Numbered from the stretch's first letter, positions 7,330 through 16,166 are shown. The stretch: DNA of 25,269 nt from Deferrisomatales bacterium (GCA_033551855.1 JAWSUI010000051.1:1-25269); one strand, 5' to 3'. The notes: generated by a model from the letters alone, not told the origin. Made by a program: numbers and translations.

Positions 7330-7360
7330 CTATTTGCGAAAAAAACAATATCGACAATAG
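7330..7360 (-). promoter_or_regulatory. AT-rich inverted repeat/promoter region upstream of the fic gene
   Basis: CTATTTGCGA-N11-TCGACAATAG (arms 8/10 complementary), containing TTGTCG on the minus strand. Confidence 0.4.
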
Positions 7361-7840
7361 ACTTCCGAGGCAAGGGCTCGTCGTCCACGCGATGTTCCAC
7401 ACCGATCACCGCACGCTACGCCGCGAGGAGGGTGGGGGGATGTTGGGGGGCATCTAGCCGAAGCCACATCAGTGAATGGTCGAATTGTCGGCATGAACGG
7501 ATCTGGTTCGATTCCCCCGCACCGGGATGCCGGGCGTCTTTGTTTGTTCCGGATTGGGGTCACGCTCGCGCCGTGGCCGGGCCCCCCGCCGGAGCGCGCG
7601 CCCGCCTGCAAGCCCTCGCGGGCAACCAGCCCGCCGAGATCCGCCGGGTCACCGGTGCGCCTGCCTGGGCGGCCTCCACCGCCCACACGGGCGACGTGCC
7701 GGTCTGCCGCGGGATTCCGACGACATGCCGGCATCGGAACGGACGTCAGGGGTGGGGTGGGGCGCAGCCCCTGGCGCGCCGTCGTCTTCGGCGGACTGCC
7801 GAAAGTCCCCTCGGCGAGGACGTCCTCCCCTACCGGGCCT

Positions 7841-8098
7841 TCACTCGACGGCGATGGTGCATGGGTGGCCCAGAAAGGCGGGAGAGCTCGCAACGATTCC
7901 GGCAAAGACCTTCGTGTCCGGGAGGGAAATATCCCCTTCGAGCTTGAATTCTACGCTGGTGGAGTTGCACAGCTTGAGGCCGCAGCGGACGTCGCTGCAA
8001 CAGCACATGCGAAGCGCATGCGCGGCATCCTCCTTGATGAAGAAGACTTCTCCCAGTGGAATCACGTGGCGATGGGAGATCCTCACGTGCCGAGCCAT
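7841..8098 (-). CDS. Hypothetical 85-aa Cys-rich protein
   Basis: Strong RBS AAGGAGG 5 nt before ATG, non-random composition (CCC-x4-C-x4-C) and a sigma54 promoter upstream. No family recognised. Confidence 0.5.
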   Translation of the reverse strand: MARHVRISHRHVIPLGEVFFIKEDAAHALRMCCCSDVRCGLKLCNSTSVEFKLEGDISLPDTKVFAGIVASSPAFLGHPCTIAVE

Positions 8099-8259
8099 GA
8101 TTGCCTCCTTGCGACCGGAGGAACTTGCTGGAACGCCCGTGCTCGGGCGTTCCTTCTTGCGGCATGGGCGGCCCCTTGGGGCAACCTTTGCTGCCGTGAC
8201 TCCCTCTGTCGGGCCCCGAGATCGGGGTACGATAGAGCAACGGTCCTATTCTTATGGTT

Positions 8260-8275
8260 TGCAAGGATCGTGCCG
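8260..8275 (-). promoter_or_regulatory. Sigma54 (-24/-12) promoter
   Basis: Minus strand CGGCACGATCCTTGCA: GG-N10-GC with a near-consensus GGCACG..TTGC. Confidence 0.65.
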
Positions 8276-8910
8276 TCTCCGTGGACGGGCGGCAGACTTC
8301 GTGCAACCAGTCCTAGAAGGGGCTCTGCGAAGGGGCACGTCCGAGGCTGCAGAAGGCCCCATGGTCCGCGGGGTGGGCGCCGGACGCGAAGTTTCTTGCC
8401 ACATCTGGGAAACGGTTTCTCACCGCGCCGGCAGGGGACTCTCGGGTACGGGCGGTCCCGTCGGGGGGGATCGGAGGGCTGGGGGCCTCGGGGCGCCGGG
8501 AGCTGCCGGTCGGAAGGGGCGGGCCTGCCCGGCCGCTTCCCGGGTCAGCGGGAACGACGGGGGCTCTCGGCCTTTCCTGCGCCCGCCTGGGCCACTTTTC
8601 CCGGGATGCCGGCATCGAGGCTGCCGCGGCTCTCGGGCCGCCGCGGGATCGGCATCTGCCGCGCCTTCGATCTTGCTGCACCCGGCTGGGCCGAAAGACG
8701 CCGCGCGCAGGCCCCGCCAGGGGCGACAGGGCGGGCGCAACCCGGCAGGCAGGCAGGCGGACGGCCGTTCGATGAACCCGGAGCCCTCGAAAGCAAGCTC
8801 GCCGCCGCGGCGCACTCCGGACGGCTGGAGGCCGGAGACGATCCCGGCTACCCGGCATCGTCTGCCGCACGAATCGGCCCCACCCCGTCGTTTCCCGAAT
8901 GACCAGAGTG

Positions 8911-9330
8911 TCAGAGGTGGTAGTCCCCCGACGCCTCCGGCTGGTAGAGAACATCCTCGACGCGAATCCGCCTTCTGCCCGCTGGGACCGGCCACTCGAT
9001 GGTGTCGCCGACGCGATATCCGAGTAGAGCGGTCCCAACCGGAGACAGAATGGAAATCCGGCCGGCATCGATGTCGGCCTGCCGAGGGAAGACCAGCGTC
9101 AGTACGGACTCCTCCCCGCTGTCCAAATCGACGATGCGCACGCGCGAGTTCATCGTAACCACGCCGGATGGGATCTGCTCGGGGCTGACCACCGTGGCGC
9201 GAGAAAGCTCTTCCTCGAGCTCGTCCAGGTGCCCCCGATCCCGGTCGGCCGGCTGTTCGGCCGAGGCCTCGAGCAGGTTCTCGAGGCGCCGCAGGTCGTG
9301 TTCGGTGATCTGGATCGTTCGCTCCCGCAT
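8911..9330 (-). CDS. rnk: Regulator of nucleoside diphosphate kinase (GreA/GreB family)
   Basis: MRERTIQITEHDLRRL..L.EEL.RA.VV....IP..VVTMNSRV..LTLVFP..ISILSPVGTALLG..G..IEW.VP.G..V.YQPE.SG. Confidence 0.9.
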   Translation of the reverse strand: MRERTIQITEHDLRRLENLLEASAEQPADRDRGHLDELEEELSRATVVSPEQIPSGVVTMNSRVRIVDLDSGEESVLTLVFPRQADIDAGRISILSPVGTALLGYRVGDTIEWPVPAGRRRIRVEDVLYQPEASGDYHL

Positions 9331-9974
9331 GGACCCACTCTTTCTGCCGGAGATGAAGCCGGCAACAATTTCTTGAGGCTCATCCGGGAAACGTCCGGGT
9401 TGGTTTGCCCACTCCGGCGGCCGATGCCGGACGTCCCGACGCGTGCGAGCCTCGGGGTCCCCCGGAACGCCCGAAGGGATCACAGGCCCCGACGGTCGTA
9501 TGGTCATCCAGAGGCCGTCCGCCTGGGCCGCCGGATCCACCCGGCCGCCCTCGGGTGCGGCAACCCGTCATTCCCTGGAAGAGTCCCATTTGGTTCGTAC
9601 CTTGCGAGCCCGACGAAGTCAAGCCGACCGGCCCTTGGCCCGTCGGTCTCCCGGCCTGGAGCCTGGATCCCGCCGAGGAGCTCCTTCTTCGTCCGGATGC
9701 CTTTCCGAATCGGAAGCCGTGTCAGCGACTCCCCCTCGATCCCGATCGAGAGGTCCCACTCCGCCGGGCACACCACGGCGCTCGCTCCGCGGCCGGCCAT
9801 CCCCCCTCGTCAACCTTGGGGACGCGGGCTTCGGGGGGGCCGCCGCGAGATCGCCGCCGGCGTGCAGTCCGTCGATGCGCGGACGGACAGTGCTGTACGG
9901 GCTGAGATGCCAGTGGGAGAGTGGCGGGTCAGCCGCAGGAGGTATCCGGTCGGTCCGGAGCCACCTGCGCTGCA

Positions 9975-10495
9975 CCGTGCTCTATTCGAGCACCGTTCCC
10001 TTGCCGGTCTTCCGGTACTCGAGCTCGACGTGTTTGACGAAGGCCAATCTCCCCTCGGAGTCTGGGAACAACCCGCGGGAAGCGCACCAGCCGACGAACG
10101 TCTCGGGGTCGATGTCCGCACGAAGGGCGATGGTACCGCTCTCCCGGATCAGCTCGCGCTGCCGTTCCACCAGCGTCTGCCAGTCCTCGAAGCGGGCCGG
10201 CAGGTTCTCCGGGTCGAGAAACACCTTGCGGGCCCTCTGATACGTCGGCTCGTCCCGGAACCAGGCCACTCCCATGACTTCACTCATGACGGCACTCCCT
10301 TTCGCAGTCTCCTGTGGAGTTTCTGGGCACGTTGCTCCGAGCTGGGGGTGCTTCGTCCCTCCGTGCCCGGGTCTCAGGGGGCAGCGCGCGGCGGAAGGGG
10401 GCGCCCGCGTCGTGCCCCGCCGGGTCCGCGGACGCCGACAGCTTGCACGGGTCGGGTCCTACATTTCAAGATCGAGGGGGAAGTCTGCGGGGCGG
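9975..10495. repeat. Diverged direct repeat unit 1 (small gene plus upstream region)
   Basis: Aligns by eye with about 11620-12035, e.g. GAGCACCGTTCCCTTGC.GGTCTTCCGGTACTCGAGCTC and CAGCTTGCACGG. Boundaries are approximate. Confidence 0.8.
9982..10287 (-). CDS. Conserved hypothetical protein (101 aa), copy 1
   Basis: RBS GGGAG. Sequence GVAWF..Y..LP..FEDW..IDPETFVGWC..RGL..D..GR..F. A paralog at 11627-11863 supports coding status. Confidence 0.75.
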   Translation of the reverse strand: MSEVMGVAWFRDEPTYQRARKVFLDPENLPARFEDWQTLVERQRELIRESGTIALRADIDPETFVGWCASRGLFPDSEGRLAFVKHVELEYRKTGKGTVLE

Positions 10496-10726
10496 TTCCC
10501 CGAGGGCCCTGCACGGGGGCCGTGGAAGCGACTTGCTGAGAGGGGAGACGGTGGACGAGGAGGAAACCGTGTGCGGCCAGGACCCATGGGCCGTAACGGC
10601 CGAGGGAGGCCCGCCGGGGAGCGCGGACCGCCCTTGCGGTTCCGGCGATTTCGGGTAGGCACGAAAGACACACGTCCCTCCCAGGTCTTTTCAGGCAAGG
10701 CTGCACGGGGAAAGGGAGGTAGGGCC

Positions 10727-11548
10727 ATGATCGGGGCCGTCGTCGGCGACATCGTGGGGAGCCCCTACGAGCGCCACAATCTGAAGAGCACGGACTTTCC
10801 CCTCTTCGGGCCGGGCTCGCGGTTCACCGACGACACGGTGATGTCCTGCGCGACCGCCGAGGCGCTGCTCACCGACGGAGACTACGCTGCGGCTTACCGC
10901 CGCTGGTTCGCCGCCTACCCCGACCGCGGGTATGGGCCGCGGTTCGCCTGGTGGGCGGCCCGGGAGGGGCGCCCGGCCCCGTGGAGCTGCGGCAATGGGT
11001 CTGCCATGCGGGTGGCCCCCGTCGGTTGGGCCTTCGACGACCTGGAGGGGGTGCTCCGGGAGGCCCGGCGCAGCGCCGAGGTGAGCCACCCCCACCCGGA
11101 GGGGATCCAAGGGGCCGAGGCCGTGGCCGCGGCGGTGTACCTGGCCCGCACGGGGGCGTCGCCGGGGGACGTGCGGGAGCTCGTGACCCGGCGCTTCGGG
11201 TACCGACTGGACCGGACGGTGGACGAGATCCGGCCGGGCTACCGCTTCGACGCTACCTGCCAGGGTTCGGTCCCCGAGGCGCTCATCGCCGCGTTGGGGT
11301 CCACGTCTTTCGAGGATGCCCTGCGCCGGGCCGTGTCCCTGGGTGGCGACAGCGACACCATTGCGTGCGTGGCGGGGGCGGTGGCGGAGGGTCTGCATGG
11401 CGGGGTGCCGACTTGGATTGCCGAAGAGGCCCGCCGCCGACTGGACGACCGGCTGCGGGGCGTGCTGGACGCCTTTCGGGCCCGCTTCGCGCCCGCGGCC
11501 GCCACCGGGGCCGGGAGCCCGGGTGAGCACGGTGGGCCGGCGCCGTGA
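10727..11548 (+). CDS. ADP-ribosylglycohydrolase (DraG/ARH family)
   Basis: ATG 10727 follows GGAGG. MIGAVVGDIVGSPYE, FTDDT, GNGSAMRVAP, SH.HPEG, CQGSVPEA and GGDSDT. Confidence 0.93.
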   Translation: MIGAVVGDIVGSPYERHNLKSTDFPLFGPGSRFTDDTVMSCATAEALLTDGDYAAAYRRWFAAYPDRGYGPRFAWWAAREGRPAPWSCGNGSAMRVAPVGWAFDDLEGVLREARRSAEVSHPHPEGIQGAEAVAAAVYLARTGASPGDVRELVTRRFGYRLDRTVDEIRPGYRFDATCQGSVPEALIAALGSTSFEDALRRAVSLGGDSDTIACVAGAVAEGLHGGVPTWIAEEARRRLDDRLRGVLDAFRARFAPAAATGAGSPGEHGGPAP

Positions 11549-11619
11549 ACCCCCGCCGGGGGGGAGGGCCGTCTGGAGTGCCCCGCCCCTTCCCGCACGG
11601 CGAGACCACCCGTGTTCGC

Positions 11620-12035
11620 CCGTGCCCTATGCGAGCACCGTTCCCTTGCAGGTCTTCCGGTACTCGAGCTCCACGTGTTTCACGAAGGCCGGCCTTCCCT
11701 CCGAGTTCGGGAACAACCCCCGGGACGCGCACCAGCCGACGAAGGTCTCCGGATCGATGCCGGCGCGGAGGGGGAGGGTCCCGCTCTTCCGGATCAGCTC
11801 GCACTGCCGTGCGGCCAGCGCCTGCCAGTCCTCGAACCAGGCCACTCCCCTGACGTCGCTCATGACGGACACTCCCCTTTCGCGCTCCCGCCCGGGACAG
11901 GGCCCGGGCCGCCGGGTGCAGGGCGCGGTCGAAGAGGGCCCCTGCGTCGCTCCCCGGAGGGACCGATGTCGGCGGCAGCTTGCACGGACGGCCCGCCGAA
12001 GATCAAGGCGAAGCGCGGAGGTTTGCAGGGGGCGT
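11620..12035. repeat. Diverged direct repeat unit 2
   Basis: Homologous to 9975-10495 in the same orientation. Boundaries are approximate. Confidence 0.8.
11627..11863 (-). CDS. Conserved hypothetical protein, copy 2 (78 aa, in-frame 23-aa deletion; possibly a pseudogene)
   Basis: Paralog of 9982-10287. It reads GVAWFEDWQ where copy 1 has GVAWF-RDEPTYQRARKVFLDPENLPARF-EDWQ. Confidence 0.65.
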   Translation of the reverse strand: MSDVRGVAWFEDWQALAARQCELIRKSGTLPLRAGIDPETFVGWCASRGLFPNSEGRPAFVKHVELEYRKTCKGTVLA

Positions 12036-12220
12036 CCCTCCTGGCAACGGCGGACGGGCTTGCACGGGGCGCGCCGGCGCGCCCCTCGCTGAGGGGCGGG
12101 AGGCGGCGCTTCGGGTCACCGGGAGAAAGCCCCGCGCCGTGGGCCACGGTGGGGCCGCGCGCGAAGAGGCCCGGGTCTGCGGACCCGGGCCTCTCTCCGG
12201 CCTACGGGCGGTACGCGGGG

Positions 12221-12466
12221 TTATCGAACGGGGATGCGGGCCGCCTGGCGCTCGCGGATCCCTGCGGCGGCCCCCTTCACCGCGCCCACGGCCATCAGGA
12301 TGGCGGGCACCACCTGGGCGGCGACGATCAGGGCGCAGAAGCCGAGGAACGCCCACACGAAGATCCCGCTGTGATCGACCCGGGTGCCGGTGGCGGCCAG
12401 GGCGGTGGCGGCGTTGGCGATGGTGGCGATCGTTGCGATGGCGGCGGCTCTGGTCGTGGTCTTCAT
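12221..12466 (-). CDS. Small secreted/membrane protein (signal peptide plus one long hydrophobic segment)
   Basis: RBS AAGGAG, signal peptide ending ALA-A, then DHSGIFVWAFLGFCALIVAAQVVPAILM. Resembles small uncharacterised proteins I recall from Geobacter-like organisms. Confidence 0.75.
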   Translation of the reverse strand: MKTTTRAAAIATIATIANAATALAATGTRVDHSGIFVWAFLGFCALIVAAQVVPAILMAVGAVKGAAAGIRERQAARIPVR

Positions 12467-12540
12467 GGCGTTCTCCTTCTGATCTGCACCGGGGTCCGGT
12501 GTCGGTTGGGCTGTGTGGTGCGCTCTCGCCCTCTGTACAG

Positions 12541-12608
12541 AGCAGGAGGCGTGCCGACTGTGAAGGAAAGGACAAGAAAGCGCGCAGAAATCTTGTAACC
12601 ATCAGATA
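12541..12608 (-). promoter_or_regulatory. Sigma54 promoter with an adjacent IHF-like site
   Basis: Minus strand CGGCACGCCTCCTGCT (12541-12556, GG-N10-GC). TATCTGATGGTTA (12596-12608) approximates the IHF consensus WATCAANNNNTTR. Confidence 0.6.
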
Positions 12609-12996
12609 TTGCGTCGAAACATTCTCTTTCGCCGAGAGCAGTTCTGCCCCCTCCCGGGCGGTGCAGACCCTCCGAGTGTATGTTTTCACAATGCGCCCAG
12701 AGGCCCGGGGGGCAGAGGCCGAGGCGCTTGGGGCTCCGATGGCCGCGTGTTTCCGGCCTTTCGTGGGGAGGCGGGGTCTCAGGGTACCGATATACCGACT
12801 GCGCCTTTCGGGTATAGTCGGCCGTGCACCGCGAATAGTTGCAGTCTTTGATGGGATACGGCCCCGACAACGACCGGCCCTGTCCCCCCGCCGCACCCGG
12901 GTTATACTGGCGCGGCGAGGTGCCTGCGGGTGTCCGGTAGACCGCCCGGCGGGGCCCCGAGGGGGCCCCGCCGGGACTGCTGCGGGAGGAATGACC

Positions 12997-13353
12997 ATGA
13001 AGTGCCTTCCGGCTCTCCTGACGGTCGCGATGGTGTCCGGGTGCGCTGCCGTGACACCGGAGACCGGGCGTGAGGTGGCGTCCCCTCCCCTGCCGGTCCC
13101 GACGGAAGTGGCGGAAGGAGCCAGGCGGGAGGTGGTTGTGGAGAAGCCGGACCCTGCTGCTCCTGGCGAGCTTGGCGTCACGGACCGCCAGGAGGCGGAT
13201 ATGACCTCCGTGCTGGCACGGAAGGGAATCCCGACAAGGGTCGAAAACAGGGAGGGGTTGACCGTCTGGGTCTACGAAGTCGACGGCGGCGTGGAGTACT
13301 TCTATTTCCGCAAAGGCTCGGTTTCCGGACACGAGGTCGTCCCGGGGAAGTGA
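12997..13353 (+). CDS. Hypothetical lipoprotein
   Basis: RBS GGAGGA and lipobox MKCLPALLTVAMVSG-C. The C-terminus GIPTRVE...TVWVY....YFYF..G.V resembles a SmpA/BamE-like small domain. Confidence 0.7.
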   Translation: MKCLPALLTVAMVSGCAAVTPETGREVASPPLPVPTEVAEGARREVVVEKPDPAAPGELGVTDRQEADMTSVLARKGIPTRVENREGLTVWVYEVDGGVEYFYFRKGSVSGHEVVPGK

Positions 13354-13536
13354 GGTCCCGGGGGGCCCCGCCACGTTCTCTGGTTTCGCAGCCGAGTCCT
13401 CAACCGCTTCTTCCCCGGCTCTCACGCCCGGGGGGGACTCCCGCGCGCCGGCGCGGCGGGCAACCCGCGGCCGGGCTCGGAGGGGACCGGCCTGCGGAGG
13501 GAGCCCGCCGAGGGCGCACGCCCCTGGCCTTCCCTC

Positions 13537-14175
13537 CTACGCCCGCCGCAGCTCGCGAAGCCTTATCTCGATCGGCTCGGCCTCCTCCTGCCGGCCCAGC
13601 TCTCGGAGCCGGCGCTTGAGCTCCTCGAGCTCCCTCTCCAACTCCGGCAGCACGTCGCGTTGCAGGGTCTCCCGGGCCTCCCGGCCGACGCGGGCCATCT
13701 CTTCGGCCAGGCGCTCGACCTCCCGGCTCAGCTCTCGGACCCCCTCGGACTCCGGTAGTTGCCGGAGTCGGTCGAAGAAATCCCTCACCTGGTGCCCCAT
13801 CAACTCGCCGAAGAGCTCCGCCGGAGTCGATCCCCGCACCACCGCCCCGCTTTCCAGGGGCCCCCCTCCCTTCCCGAGCGACACGAGCTCCAGGCGCCGC
13901 CCGGGGCCGTCGGGGCGGTCCGAGACCAGGAAGCGCCCCTGGTCGGTCACGGCCGTGCGGAACCGCTCCTCCACCACCGCCTTCACCTCGAAGGCCCCCG
14001 CCGGGATGTAGCGGACGTCGCGGACCCGGCCGATGGGGTTCTCCCCCCAGACGACGTCGTCCCCCGGGCGCAGCCCCCTGGCGTTCTCGAAGGTGACGGT
14101 GAAGCGCAGGTCGCGGCCGCACCCCGCCAGGGCGAGGATGAGGAGGACCGCCAAGGCCGTGCGCAGACCTTTCAT
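13537..14175 (-). CDS. MlaD/MCE-domain lipoprotein with a coiled-coil tail
   Basis: Lipobox LALAG-C. MCE motif FTVTFENARGLRPGDDVVWGENPIGRVRDV, followed by a helical charged tail. RBS AGGAGG. Confidence 0.8.
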   Translation of the reverse strand: MKGLRTALAVLLILALAGCGRDLRFTVTFENARGLRPGDDVVWGENPIGRVRDVRYIPAGAFEVKAVVEERFRTAVTDQGRFLVSDRPDGPGRRLELVSLGKGGGPLESGAVVRGSTPAELFGELMGHQVRDFFDRLRQLPESEGVRELSREVERLAEEMARVGREARETLQRDVLPELERELEELKRRLRELGRQEEAEPIEIRLRELRRA

Positions 14176-14241
14176 CGCGCTCCTCCTGCCCCGTTCGCCC
14201 CCCGCCGGCCGGTCCGCGTCCCGGGCTCCCCGCGCGGTTCC

Positions 14242-15069
14242 TCAGGCTGCGGCGGCGCCGCCCTTCACGGGGATGAGGTGGACGTCGCGCTGCGGGAAGG
14301 GGATCGCGATCCCTTCCGCGTCGAAGCGCTCCTTGATGGTGCGGTTGAGGTCGAACAGGGTGGGCCAGTAGTCGCCGGAGGCCACCCAGGGGCGCACCGC
14401 GAAGTCGATGCTGCTCTCGCCGAGCTGGAGGACGCCGATCGTGGGCTCCGGGTCCGCGAGCACGCGCTGGTCCTTTTTCAGAATGTCTTCCAGCACGGCC
14501 TTGACCTTTCCGAGGTCGTCTCCGTAGCTGACCCCCACCACCAGGTCGACGCGCCGGGTGTCCTTGGCCGAGAAGTTGGTGATGTTGCCGTTGGTGATCT
14601 GGTTGTTGGGGATGATGATCTGCTTGTTGTCGGGGGTGCGCAGCTTGGTCGTGAAGAGCTCGATCTCCTCGACGATGCCCATGGTGCCCGCGGCGTCGAT
14701 GAAGTCCCCCACCTTGAAGGGCTTGAAGATGATCATGAGGATGCCGGCCGCGAAGTTGGCGAGGGACCCCTGCAGCGCCAGGCCCACGGCCAGGCCGGCC
14801 GCGCCGAGGATGGCGATGAAGGAGGTGGTCTGGATGCCGAGCTGGTTCAGGGCGGCGATGACCACGATCACCATGAGCAGGGCGTAGGTGAGGTTGGCGG
14901 CAAAGGACACCAGCGTCTCCTCCACCTTGCCCCGGCGCAAGGCGGCGCGCAGCGAGTTGCGCACCACGCGCGCGGCGATCCGCCCGATCACGAAGATCGC
15001 GACCGCCATCACGGCCGTCAACCCCCAGAACTGCACCGCCTCCAACAGCCTGTCCGCCGAGAATTCCAT
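14242..15069 (-). CDS. mscS: Small-conductance mechanosensitive channel
   Basis: LGIQTTSFIAILGAAGLAVGLALQGSLANFAAG..KPFKVGDFI..TPDNKQIIIPN..RRVDLVVGVSY..GIAIPFPQRDVH. ATG 15069 follows GGAGGAG. Confidence 0.95.
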   Translation of the reverse strand: MEFSADRLLEAVQFWGLTAVMAVAIFVIGRIAARVVRNSLRAALRRGKVEETLVSFAANLTYALLMVIVVIAALNQLGIQTTSFIAILGAAGLAVGLALQGSLANFAAGILMIIFKPFKVGDFIDAAGTMGIVEEIELFTTKLRTPDNKQIIIPNNQITNGNITNFSAKDTRRVDLVVGVSYGDDLGKVKAVLEDILKKDQRVLADPEPTIGVLQLGESSIDFAVRPWVASGDYWPTLFDLNRTIKERFDAEGIAIPFPQRDVHLIPVKGGAAAA

Positions 15070-15177
15070 CCCGTCTCCTCCAGTTCGTTTGGGCGCTGCA
15101 CCCCGGGGCGCGGGCTCCGCTGGGGCCTCTTGCCGCCCCCGGGCGGGGCCTTTCGGCCTCGCCCCGGGGCCTGCGCG

Positions 15178-15205
15178 AGCATAGCACGGGCGGGGAGAGG
15201 GACAA
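15178..15205 (-). promoter_or_regulatory. Sigma70-type promoter for mscS
   Basis: Minus strand TTGTCC-N16-TATGCT with an extended -10 TG. Confidence 0.5.
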
Positions 15206-15217
15206 CCTGACGGCGCG

Positions 15218-15385
15218 CTAGGACTTCTTGGCGGTCTTGGCGAAGAACGTGCCGTACGTGCGCTCCGTGTGGTCGCTCTGGCAGCGGGGGCAGCGGTGGC
15301 GGGGCCGCTCCTCGAGCTCACGGAGGGTCAGAAAGACCGTGAAGTCCTGTCCGCAGTCCAGGCAGCGGTACTCGTAGGCGGGCAC
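15218..15385 (-). CDS. FmdB-family zinc-ribbon protein
   Basis: GTG follows AAGGAG. MPAYEYRCLDCG..F...CPRCQS. Confidence 0.88.
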   Translation of the reverse strand: MPAYEYRCLDCGQDFTVFLTLRELEERPRHRCPRCQSDHTERTYGTFFAKTAKKS

Positions 15386-15694
15386 GGTGGGCTCCTTGCT
15401 CCTGAAGGGGGGACGGGACCTGCTTTGTCGCGGTGCGTGGGATGATATCACCAGCCTTGGCGCCCACCAGGGGCCTTCTCTTCGCCGGCGTCCGAGGGGC
15501 AGCGGTTCCGGCCCCCCTTCCCGGCGCCGGGGTCACTTCCCTCCCGGGTTCCGTCCGGGAGCCGTCCCGGCCTCTCCCCGGTGGCCCCCACCCGCCGGCC
15601 ACGCCTTGCCCGGTGCCGGCCCGTGCGTTATCCCTGTCGCCGTCGGAAATCCGAGGACGCCGGGCCGGTCCTGCCCGGACGAGGAGGGGAGAAG

Positions 15695-16003
15695 ATGGTC
15701 CACGTCATCGCAACGGTGAGGCTCCACCCCGGGAAGCGGGAGGCGTTCCTCGAGGTCTTCCGAGGGGTCGTGCCCGCCGTGCGGGCGGAGGAGGGCTGCG
15801 TGGAGTACGGCCCCACGGCGGACGTGGACCCCGGGCTGCCGGGGCTGTCTCCCCCCGAGGCGGATGTGGTGACGGTCGTCGAGAAGTGGCGGGACGTGGA
15901 GTGTCTGTCCCGCCACTTGAGGGCCCCCCACGTCCTCGCCTACCGTGACCGGGTGAAAGACTGGGTGGCGGCGTCCAGCATACGGGTGACCGAGCCCGTG
16001 TAG
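15695..16003 (+). CDS. Antibiotic-biosynthesis-monooxygenase (putative quinol monooxygenase) family protein
   Basis: MVHVIATVRLHPGKREAF...VRAEEGCVEY...VVEKW...HL.APH...Y. Confidence 0.88.
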   Translation: MVHVIATVRLHPGKREAFLEVFRGVVPAVRAEEGCVEYGPTADVDPGLPGLSPPEADVVTVVEKWRDVECLSRHLRAPHVLAYRDRVKDWVAASSIRVTEPV

Positions 16004-16086
16004 GCAAGTCGGGCCCTGGCGCGACGGAGGGACGTCCGGGTTTCCCCGACCCGGGACCTTCCCGGGAAGGCGCCGCGCCGGCGGCA

Positions 16087-16114
16087 TTGCCTGGGGCCGC
16101 GGGCGGGGTATGCT
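16087..16114 (+). promoter_or_regulatory. Possible sigma70 promoter for the HD-GYP gene
   Basis: TTGCCT-N16-TATGCT, about 50 nt before ATG 16167. Confidence 0.4.
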
Positions 16115-16166
16115 TCCGGGGCACGCGGCCCGTCCCGGGGCTCGTGGACCGGGGAGGCGTCGTCCC

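Noticed and set aside
7495..7525. GGTTCGATTCCC resembling a tRNA T-loop (possible tRNA or att-site fragment)
   Set aside because: The flanks (TCTGG/CCCCC) do not form a 5-bp T stem, and there is no acceptor stem, D arm, anticodon arm or CCA.
8385..8402. Second sigma54-like site TGGCAAGAAACTTCGC (minus strand)
   Set aside because: GG-to-GC spacing is 11 nt rather than the required 10.
7472..9158. 476-aa and 543-aa plus-strand ORFs across the fic-rnk gap
   Set aside because: No recognisable domains or RBS, composition typical of non-coding GC-rich frames, and they conflict with the better-supported minus-strand small ORF and rnk.
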